DNA of 64,000 nt from Terriglobia bacterium (GTDB taxonomy: Bacteria; Acidobacteriota; Polarisedimenticolia; Polarisedimenticolales; JAIQFR01). A program made the translations under genes and the position numbers. Positions 55,492-64,000 of this stretch are shown piece after piece. The DNA is taken from assembly GCA_963748015.1 (NCBI GenBank), contig CAVVHE010000004.1:672001-736000 (forward strand). Reading direction: 5' to 3'. Within the stretch, counting starts at the first letter, position 1. Every line of letters starts with the position of its first letter. Under the pieces are notes generated by a model, which had not been told where the DNA came from, ran no database searches, and saw only the letters and a list, made by a program, of their open reading frames with translations.

Positions 55492-58400
55492 GTGGCGCGC
55501 GGTCTCACGAAGTTGCTGTTGCTGCTGGCGGTCATGGTGCCCGTCGCCGTCCTGGCGGATACGTACGACACGGCCACCCTGGTGAGCATCACGACGTCGA
55601 GCAAGGAAGAGGTCAAGCTCCTCCTCGACGGCGGCATCGACGTCGTGGGTGTGCGCGGCGGGGTCTACAAGGCGCTCGTCACCGCGGGGCAGCTGGAGGC
55701 CCTTTCCGCGACGGGAATGAAGGTCGAGGTTCTCTACTCGGAGATGCAGGAGGACCGCGATCGCTGGGCTGCGGCGTCGGCGTCGTACGTCGACGCGACG
55801 AGCTACTACGTCCCTTCGAAGTTCACGATGACGAGCCCGCCGGCCGGCAGCCTGATGGAGCATCTCCTCCAGCAGTACAACGCCCACCCCGACGTCACGC
55901 GCCTGTACAACCTCGGGGCGAGCCAGGACGGCGCGTACGACGTCGTCGCGATGAAGGTCACGAGGAATCCGGACGCGATCGAGGCCGAGCCCAAGATCCG
56001 CATCTACGCGAACATCCACGGCGACGAAAAGGGCGGCCTCATGGTCGCGTGCGACGTGCTGGACACGATCCTGGCCGGGTACGGGGCGGCGCCGCAGGAC
56101 CCCGTCGCGAAGAAGCTCGTGGACGAGGCGGAGATGTGGTTCATCCCGATGGGGAACCCGTACGGGAACGCGAACAACACCCGTTACAACAGCCGCGGGA
56201 TCGACCTCAATAGGAACTTCTGGGGCCCCGCGGGCTCGGACGCGCCGCCGGCCTGGTCGGAGAAGGAAACCCAGATCGTCCGGGATCTCACCGAAGCCTC
56301 CACCGCGGACCACTCCAAGAAGCGGTTCGCCGTGTCGATTTCCTTCCACGAGGGCGAGGTGGTCTTCAACTCGATCTGGAACTACACCACCGAGGCGCCG
56401 AGCGACGAGCCGATCTTCTGGTCCTCCAGGACGGGCGGGACGGGGTGCGGGAGCCAGACCGTTCCCAACTGTCCCACGCTGGCGCCCCACGGCCTGGCGC
56501 AGGCGTACAAGGACGGCTGCACGACGCCGGGATTCTGGTACACCGAGGGATACGACTGGTACGGCACGCGCGGGGACACGAACGACTGGGCGTATGGAGC
56601 CTGGACGGACCTGGACACGACCGTCGAGCTGAATGCCGTGAAGACGCCCCCGGCGTCCTCGATCCCGACCTACTGCGCTCAGCACCGGCAGGGGGTGCTC
56701 AACTACATGATGAAGGTGTTCCAGGGGATCCACGGCGTCATGACCGACCAGGTCACCGGCGCTCCGCTCGACGGGACGGTGGCGGTGACGGCGACCGCCT
56801 CGCCCGGCATCCCGGTGCCGCATCCTTACCAGGCCGTCTACACGGATCCGGTGGCGGGGGACTTCCACAGGGTCCTGCAGCCGGGGACGTACACGGTGGT
56901 CTGCAACGCCCCGGGGTACATGACGACCACGATCACGGGTGTCGAGGTGAGCGCCGACGCCGGAACGGTCGCCAACTGCGCCATGAACCCGACCGGGCTC
57001 GCGTACGTGTCATCCGCGCTCGCGGATTCCTGCTCCGCCGGCGGAGCGTACGACGGGGACGGCATCCTGGACGCGGGCGAGGACGCCACGCTCTCCGTCA
57101 CCCTTCGGAACCCCGGCTCGGCGCCGGCGACTTCCGTCCAGGGCACGATCGCGACGTCCGCGCCGGGCGTGAGCGTCACGAGGAGCACGGCTTCGTTCGC
57201 GGACGTCCCGGGCGGTGGAACGGCGCCGAGCGCCGCCCCGCACTTCGGGTTCCGCGTGGGCGGCGGCGTGGCGTGCGGCACGGCGATCCCGTTCGGCATT
57301 CACATGACGTCGGCGCAGGGCGCCTGGGACGACGCCTTGACGGTCGCGGTGGGGCAGACGACGGGCGGGGTCCCGCAGACGCTTCTCGCCGAGGGTTTCG
57401 ACGGCACCGTCTTCCCGCCCGCGGGCTGGTCCCAGGTGGACGTCGGCGGAACCGCCGGGAACTGGGCGCGGAGCACGAACACGGTCCACCCGTCGGGGGG
57501 AGGCACGCACGGCGGCGCCGGGCTGGCGTACTTCAACTCGTACACGGCCGCGTCCGGCAATGCCACGCGGCTCCACAGGACCTCGGGAATCGCGATACCG
57601 GCAGCGGCGGCGTCGGCGGCCCTGACCTTCTGGATGTACCACGACACCCACCTCCCGGCCTCCAACGACCAGGTGCAGCCCCAGGTCTCCACGAACGGCA
57701 CGACGTGGAGCTCGGCGGGAGCGGCGATCTCGCGGTACGACGGGTCCACCGGATGGAAATTGCACACCGTTCCCCTCGCGGGGTACATCGGCCAGTCGGG
57801 GGTCCAGATCGGGTTCCTGGGAATCAGCCTCTACGGCTATGACTGCCACCTCGACGACATCCAGGTGACGTACACGCTGCCGAGCACGTGCACGATGCAC
57901 GCATGCCCGTCGGCGCCGAGCGCCGACCTGGCGGCGACGATCGCGGCGCCGGCCTCGGCGGCGACCTACGGGCAGGTCGCCTACTCGATCGGGGTGGCCA
58001 ACTACGGTCCCGACGGGGCGGCCGGGGCGCAACTCGCCACGTCCACTCCGGCCAGGACCACGTTCGTCTCGATGAGCGCGCCGGCCGGCTGGAGCTTGCT
58101 CGACGCCCGCCGCCGGCGCGAACGGGACGGTGGGGTGCTCGTCGGACACGCTGGCGCCGGGCGCGTCGGCCGCCTTCACGATGGTGGTGCAGGTGGACGG
58201 CTGCTCCGGGAACGGCACGGTGATCGGCGGGAGCGCCAGCGTGTGGAGCTCGACCTCGGATCCGGTCGCGCCGAACAACGCCGCCTCGACGGGCACGACG
58301 GTGGTGGACGGCGGCGCGTGCGACGACGGCAACGCGTGCACGGAAACCGACACGTGCGACGCGGGCGCCTGCGTGGGCTCGAACCCGTCCCCGGCTCCTC

Positions 58401-58717
58401 TCGAAGTGGACGACGGGGTGCGCCTGGGCAAGAGCGGTGCGGAAGCGCTGATTCACTGGAATCTCGCGTCCTTCGCGAACGCGTCCGACGTCCTCAGGGG
58501 AGCGCTGCACGCGCTGCCGGTCGGTTCCGACGTCGGCGCCGAGACGTGCTTCGAGAACCTCGCGGGCACCGACGCGACGGACCCGGATGTACCCGTCTCG
58601 AACGCGGGCTACTGGTACCTCGTGCGAGGCCGCAGCGCCTGCGGGATCGGACCCTACGGGTTTGAGGGGCAGAACGGGGCGCCGGCGGCACCCCGCGTCA
58701 GCACGGCCTGTCCGTAG
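55492..58717 (+). CDS. Secreted M14 zinc carboxypeptidase with accessory domains (DUF11-like) and C-terminal CP-ending domain; apparent frameshift near 58095
   Basis: NIHGDE, NPYG, RYNSRGIDLNRNF, SEKET, ISFH, WY...GDTNDWAY, TVEL; ADL...NYGP; the final ORF 58130-58717 gives YWYLVRGRSACG...ACP*. Confidence 0.88.
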
Positions 58718-58784
58718 AGGACAAGCGGGCTCTGAGCGTTTGGGGATTCCCGGGCTCGTCCCGGCCGGGTGAAGGGGGGGCGTC

Positions 58785-59366
58785 GTGAGCCACAGGGTTT
58801 GCCCTTGGTGGCTGGGCTGGTTTCTGATCAGCCCCGTTCGCCGGTTCGCGCACGACCCGGGCCGGATCGTCGGTCCCTTTCTTCGGCCCGGCATGCTGGC
58901 CGTCGATTTCGGCTGCGGCATGGGCCACTTCAGCCTTCCGATGGCGCGGATGGTGGGCCGGTCCGGCCGCGTCGTCTGCGTGGACGTTCAAGAAAAGATG
59001 CTGGCCGGACTCCGGCGCCGGGCCGCCAAGGCGGGTCTGGCGGATCGGATGGACCTTCGCGGCGTGACGATGGGGGAAACGGGGCTCTCGGACCTGTCCG
59101 GGCGCGCGGATTTCATCCTCCTGATGTTCGTCGTCCACGAGGTTCCGGATCCCGGCCGGCTGTTCCGGGACCTGGCGGCCGCACTGGCTCCCGGAGGCCG
59201 GCTGCTCCTCGCCGAGCCGGTGTTCCACGTGAGGGAGAAGGCGTTCACCGAGACCGTGGCCGCCGCGGAGAAGGCCGGCCTCACGGTCCTGAATCGGCTC
59301 GCGATCCGCAGGGCCCGCGCCGCGCTGCTCGGCTTGGCGGCGGCCCGAGGCCGGTCGGAGACCTGA
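58785..59366 (+). CDS. Class I SAM-dependent methyltransferase
   Basis: VCPWW N-terminus; DFGCGMG; VDVQ; ADF...VVHEVPD; LAPGG. Confidence 0.88.
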   Translation: MSHRVCPWWLGWFLISPVRRFAHDPGRIVGPFLRPGMLAVDFGCGMGHFSLPMARMVGRSGRVVCVDVQEKMLAGLRRRAAKAGLADRMDLRGVTMGETGLSDLSGRADFILLMFVVHEVPDPGRLFRDLAAALAPGGRLLLAEPVFHVREKAFTETVAAAEKAGLTVLNRLAIRRARAALLGLAAARGRSET

Positions 59367-59532
59367 GGTCGGGGCGAAAACGCGAGAGATCTGGACCCTT
59401 CCGGACAATCCCCATCCCGTTCCTTCCGTAGACGGAGCCGTTGACGGCTTTGCCCTTGACGCCGACAGCGCCCGGCCGTATGCAAGCAATGCACACGCGC
59501 TGGAAGGGCGCGTTTTCATCCAGGGGGAAGCC

Positions 59533-62500
59533 ATGCGCCGACCTGCCCTTCCGTCCCTCTTGCTCTTTCTCTTCATCGGTTTTGTGCTCACGACGACGGT
59601 CGCGAACGCGTCCGTCGTGTACTACGTGAAGCCGGGAGGCAGCGATCTCCTCCCCGGCACGAGTTGGGCTCTGGCCAAGGCGACCGTGCAGGCCGCGATC
59701 AGCACCGCGTCCGAGGGGGACGAGATCTGGGTCGCGGCGGGCACCTACACCGCGCACCTCACGAACAAGGTCGTCGGGGAACTTGCCGTGAACACCGCGC
59801 TTTACGGCGGGTTCGGCGGGACCGAGACGAGCCGCGCGCAGCGCAACCCCTCGGCCAACGTCACAATCCTCGACGGCACCAACAACGGCATCGTCTTCAC
59901 CATCGACCACCTGGCCGGTCCGGGGACGCGGGTGGACGGCTTCACGATCCGTAACGGGTATGCCACCGGCTTCACGAGCTACGGAGGTGCGTTCCACATC
60001 CTGGGATCGGCCCCGACGATCGCCGGCAACGTGATCACGGGGAACACCGCCGACGGGCTGGGCGGAGCGATCCTGCTCGCGGGGTACAAGACGACCGCGC
60101 CGGCCGGCCATGCCGTCATCTCGCGAAACACGTTCTACTTCAACCGGTCGGGCGACGGGGGCGCGGGGATCGCGATCATCGGGTCGTCGCCGGAGATCAG
60201 CAACAACATCTTCGCGCTGAACTACACGACGGGAACTGGTGGGGCCATCGGCTGTTGGACCATGGACTCGGCCAAGGTCTGCTCCCCGACGATCGCGAAC
60301 AACTTCATCTACGAGAACGGGACGAACTACAACGAGACCGGCGCGCGCCTCGGCGGAGGGGCGATCTACGCCACCTCGGACGCGACGGACGGCCGCCCCG
60401 TGGCGTTCGGCATCAGCGCGCCGCTGATCGTCAACAACGTGATCGCGGCCAACGGCGCCGCGCGCTCGGGCGGCGGTATCGTGCTGGTGGACTCGAACAT
60501 CCAGTCCGCGACGGTCGTCAACAACACGATCTTCGGAAACAACGGGTCCGGCATCTACTGGGCCCAGACGTTTCCCACGATCGCGAACAACATCGTCGCC
60601 TTCAATACGTGGGGGCTCGAGCGGGAGAACGAGGGGCCGACGGCGGCCGTGGTCCGGTACAACGACGTTTACGGCAACACGGTCCGGGGGGAGCGGTCGG
60701 ACTACCAGGGGATCGGCGATCTCACCGGCCTCGACGGGAACATCTCGGCCGACCCGTGGCTCGACGACTACGGCACGGGGCGCTGGCACATCGAGCCCGA
60801 CTCACCGTGCCGCGACGCCGGGGACGCTCTGGCCGTCCCCGGCGTCTGGCCGGACCTCGACGGGCAGGCGCGCATTCTCGGCTCTTCAGTGGACATCGGC
60901 GCCGACGAGTCCGACGGTCGGGCTTGGGTTTCTCCGATCCCCGTCCTTCACGTCCGGACCGGTGGGAGCGACTCCGCCGACGGCCTCGGCTGGGCGACCG
61001 CCAAGGCCACCCTGCTCGCCGGGGTCACGGCGGCGTACAACGCGGGGGGCGAACTGTGGGTGGAGCAGGGAGTCTACGCGGGGCACTTCCGGCTTCCCGC
61101 GTGGGTTCACATGTACGGCGGGTTCAACGGGACGGAGACGTCGCGCGCGGCGCGGAACTCCGCGGAGAATGTCACCGTGATCGACGGCGGCGGCACCCCG
61201 GGAGTGGTGTCGAGCAGCCTGGGCGGGCATCTCATCAGCGCCCTCGACGGGTTCACGGTCCGGAACGGCGGCGTGTTCACCGGCGGAGTGTACTCGGCAG
61301 GCGGGCCCGGCGGACGGGGTGGGGGAATCGACTGCAACGTGTCCTCACCCATCATCGCCAACAACGTCATCACCAGGAACTCGCTGGGGAGCGATTTCAC
61401 CTCCGATGCCGCGGACGGCGCCGGGATCGGCATGTACGCTAGCTACGCCACGGTCGCCGGCAACACGTTTTTCGACAACGAAATCCTCAACGATTACAGC
61501 TACGGCGGGGCGATGTTCATCACGTCGTCCATGCCGCTCGTCAGGGGCAACGACTTCCACGCGAACCACGCGCCGTACGGCTCGGCGATCTACGCCTACA
61601 CCTCGTTCCCGGCCATCGTCGGGAACGTCTTCTCGAACAACTCGGGATACGTCCTGCAGCCGATGTACTTCGGCTCGGTCACGGGGGCGGTGGACATCGA
61701 GCTGTGCGGCGACGTTTACTTCGCGCGCAACACCCTTACCGGCAACCGAGCCTCGACCGGAGGCGGGCTCACCGTGCAATCGACGTTCGAGGGGCGCATC
61801 GTCGACAACGTGTTCTACGCCAACGTCGCCTACGACGCAGCGGGAGCCGGCGGCGGGGGAATCGGCGGCGGGGCGTATGTCGAGGTCAGCGCGGCGCCCT
61901 CCGGACTCCTGGAGATCGAGAACAACACCTTCGCCGACAACACCGCGAGCGACGCCTTCCTCGGGGAGCGCGGAGGCGCGCTGGCGATCACTCCGCTGTC
62001 GGGTTCCTCGGTCATCGCCAACAACGTCATGGCTTTCAACTCCTCGGGGATCTGGCGGCATCCCGGGGCTTCGTTCTATCCGACCGTCGTGACGAACGAC
62101 CTGTACAACGCAAGCGGGAAGGACTACATCAACCTGCCGCCGGGGCCGACCGATATCGGCTCGGATCCGTCGTTCGCGAATCGCGCCGGCGGCAACCTGC
62201 GGGTCTTGTCCACGTCGGCCTGCGTGGACGCCGGCACGAGCTCCGAGGTGGCCCCGGGCGAGACCGACCGCGACGGGGCGACGCGCACCCAGGACGGGAA
62301 CGCCGACGGTTTGGCGGTCGTGGACATCGGGGCGTACGAGGTGTCCCCCGACAGCGACGGCGACGGCGTTCCCGATTGGCTGGACTGCGCGCCCTACAAC
62401 CCGTCGACGTCGTTGCCTCCGCCCGAGGTGGCCGGGCTTCTGGTTTCGTGGCAATACTCCACGACGGTCACGTGGACGGCGCAGGAAACGGGCATCGTCT

Positions 62501-62724
62501 ACGACGTCGTGGGAGGCGTCATCGGCAACCTGCGCGTCGACGGCGGAGTCCTGGGTGCGACGTGCCTCGACGACGACGGCGTGCTGGCGTCGTGGACGGA
62601 TCCGCGAAGCGCTCCCGCGCCGGGGGCGGGTTGGTACTACCTCGTGCGCGCCGAGAACTACTGCAGGGGCACGTACGGGACCGGCGGCGGTAGCGAGCGC
62701 AAGCCGGAAGTGGATTGCCCGTAG
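59533..62724 (+). CDS. Secreted tandem pectin-lyase-like parallel beta-helix protein with C-terminal CP-ending domain
   Basis: Signal peptide ending ANA; two copies of [YH]V..GG.D...G..WA.AK.T...WV..G.Y...YGGF.GTET; SP.I.NN.I repeats; VDIGA; WYYLVRAENYC...DCP*. Confidence 0.87.
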   Translation: MRRPALPSLLLFLFIGFVLTTTVANASVVYYVKPGGSDLLPGTSWALAKATVQAAISTASEGDEIWVAAGTYTAHLTNKVVGELAVNTALYGGFGGTETSRAQRNPSANVTILDGTNNGIVFTIDHLAGPGTRVDGFTIRNGYATGFTSYGGAFHILGSAPTIAGNVITGNTADGLGGAILLAGYKTTAPAGHAVISRNTFYFNRSGDGGAGIAIIGSSPEISNNIFALNYTTGTGGAIGCWTMDSAKVCSPTIANNFIYENGTNYNETGARLGGGAIYATSDATDGRPVAFGISAPLIVNNVIAANGAARSGGGIVLVDSNIQSATVVNNTIFGNNGSGIYWAQTFPTIANNIVAFNTWGLERENEGPTAAVVRYNDVYGNTVRGERSDYQGIGDLTGLDGNISADPWLDDYGTGRWHIEPDSPCRDAGDALAVPGVWPDLDGQARILGSSVDIGADESDGRAWVSPIPVLHVRTGGSDSADGLGWATAKATLLAGVTAAYNAGGELWVEQGVYAGHFRLPAWVHMYGGFNGTETSRAARNSAENVTVIDGGGTPGVVSSSLGGHLISALDGFTVRNGGVFTGGVYSAGGPGGRGGGIDCNVSSPIIANNVITRNSLGSDFTSDAADGAGIGMYASYATVAGNTFFDNEILNDYSYGGAMFITSSMPLVRGNDFHANHAPYGSAIYAYTSFPAIVGNVFSNNSGYVLQPMYFGSVTGAVDIELCGDVYFARNTLTGNRASTGGGLTVQSTFEGRIVDNVFYANVAYDAAGAGGGGIGGGAYVEVSAAPSGLLEIENNTFADNTASDAFLGERGGALAITPLSGSSVIANNVMAFNSSGIWRHPGASFYPTVVTNDLYNASGKDYINLPPGPTDIGSDPSFANRAGGNLRVLSTSACVDAGTSSEVAPGETDRDGATRTQDGNADGLAVVDIGAYEVSPDSDGDGVPDWLDCAPYNPSTSLPPPEVAGLLVSWQYSTTVTWTAQETGIVYDVVGGVIGNLRVDGGVLGATCLDDDGVLASWTDPRSAPAPGAGWYYLVRAENYCRGTYGTGGGSERKPEVDCP

Positions 62725-62741
62725 GCGTCGGATCGGAGGAA

Positions 62742-62939
62742 TCAGTGGGATAGCTCGGCGCGGCCGGCGCTCGAGGTGTCGAGCTTCGCCCGGATCATCT
62801 TCTCCCATGCCTCGGCCTGGTAGTCGTCGATCCACTGCATGGATCGGTAGCGTTCGATCATGCGCAGCGCCGCGGGGAGTTCCTGCGGTTGCAGGTAATC
62901 CAGCGAGCGGCGAAACGCCTCGATCGTCACCCGGGTCAT
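62742..62939 (-). CDS. Small hypothetical protein (65 aa)
   Basis: High-GC3 codon usage, helical-looking sequence, no overlap with other genes. Confidence 0.5.
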   Translation of the reverse strand: MTRVTIEAFRRSLDYLQPQELPAALRMIERYRSMQWIDDYQAEAWEKMIRAKLDTSSAGRAELSH

Positions 62940-63115
62940 GCTAAGAAGTTACGGCGAAATCCGGCTTTTGGGGAGCGGTTTGCGACGCCCCGCCGGCACC
63001 CGGACACCGACTGCTCGGACAGCTTTTTCCGCGTCTTCGAGGTCGAGAACGGCACAAGACCCTTCTCCGCGCGACACGACGCCGGGCGGCGGGAGGGAAT
63101 TGGAAGCTCGGAGCC

Positions 63116-63156
63116 AAAAGAAAAAGCGCCCGGTGCCGGGGGGCAAGGCCGGGCGC
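63116..63156 (-). terminator. Intrinsic terminator-like hairpin
   Basis: GCGCCCGG...CCGGGCGC stem followed on the minus strand by TTTTTCTTTT. Confidence 0.6.
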
Positions 63157-63382
63157 GCACTGCAATTGCCTAATACTTACCGCAAAATCGGTTCTCCGTC
63201 CACCTGTGAATTCCTTGCGGGCCGCGGGCGACCTCGAGAAACCCACGGTCCGCCCGTCCGGGTTTCCGCTTTCGGGTGACGATTCCGTCATCGCGGGGAG
63301 CACGCTTGGGGGAAAAGCGCGCGGAACCCGCCCCGGCGGGCGCGTCGGTTGGGGGGCACGCCGCGTGCAACCGCCTGATGCC

Positions 63383-64000
63383 ATGGAACAGGCCTTCTGC
63401 CAGGTCTGCGTCACGCAGCATGGCGAGCAGGAAGACTGCCCGGGAGAGCTGCGCCCGACGGGACCCGAGCGGCACGGCTGGGCGGTCGCGGTGGACGCGG
63501 CGCGCGGGGTCGACCTCTACGGGGTCGTCGTCGCGCCGAGCGCGGCGAGATGGCGCGCGCGGATCGTGACCTACCCGCACGCGCCGTGGACGAGCCCGGG
63601 GAGCGGCTGCCCCTTGAAGTTCGTCGGCTCGACGTCGGAGGAGGCCGAGGCCAAGGCGCTCGGGTACGTCCTCCGCTGGTGCGCCGAACGGAATCGCAAC
63701 CCGCGCGACGGCTACGGCCCGTGGAGCCTGCCGGGCCGCTTGTCGTCGCGAGGGGTGCCGCCGCGCAAGCGCAGGTCGCTCGCGGTCCGCTACGGCGTGG
63801 AAGGGATCACCGCGCTCACCACCACGGCGAACGTCTCGACCGGAGGAATGTTCGTGACCGCGCAGGTGCCGCTGCCCGAGGAGGCACCGCTCGAAATCGA
63901 GCTCGAGATCTACGGCTGCACGACCCTCCTGCGCGGCGTCGTGGTCTGGCGGCGCGAGAAACTGGAGCCGGGCCGGCCGCGGGGGATGGGCGTGCGCCTT
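63383..64000 (+). CDS. PilZ-domain protein with N-terminal Cys/His motif (3' end truncated by the window)
   Basis: MEQAFCQVCVTQH...C; C-terminal PRKRR...NVSTGGMFV...GVVVW...GMGVRL. Confidence 0.75.
   Translation, partial: MEQAFCQVCVTQHGEQEDCPGELRPTGPERHGWAVAVDAARGVDLYGVVVAPSAARWRARIVTYPHAPWTSPGSGCPLKFVGSTSEEAEAKALGYVLRWCAERNRNPRDGYGPWSLPGRLSSRGVPPRKRRSLAVRYGVEGITALTTTANVSTGGMFVTAQVPLPEEAPLEIELEIYGCTTLLRGVVVWRREKLEPGRPRGMGVRL

Overview
High-GC (roughly 70% by eye) bacterial chromosome segment. The gene content suggests a diderm, possibly Acidobacteriota or a myxobacteria-like lineage; this is inference only. Bases 1-13 kb are housekeeping: HD-GYP fragment, REC-DUF4388 regulator, EamA transporter, recG, rho, mobA, pepD, moaC, cutA, eno, ftsB-like and tRNA-fMet. 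The tRNA 3' end plus ~200 bp is duplicated 1.77 kb downstream (att-like scar). After it comes ~50 kb of accessory DNA rich in large secreted proteins. Three things stand out. (1) Six secreted proteins with unrelated cargo domains, one of them a PorU/gingipain-like C25 peptidase, share a ~110-aa C-terminal domain (W...DV[LI]RG...C...[YW]YLVRxxNxCGxGxYG...R...CP-stop). This suggests a C-terminal-domain sorting/secretion system analogous to T9SS. (2) A duplicated module consists of a large secreted protein with a conserved ~220-aa C-terminus followed by a 44-45 aa peptide gene missing from the ORF track (KKEYxKPE...LGPAQAVVSG...DGINNP); the second copy sits directly upstream of the C25 gene. (3) A cluster of three cobalamin-binding radical SAM genes lies with two GNAT-fold genes, one resembling bacterial ceramide synthase/YghO. 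Several genes, including recG and rho, carry small frameshifts that look like sequencing errors. All family calls come from motif recognition by eye; no database searches were run.
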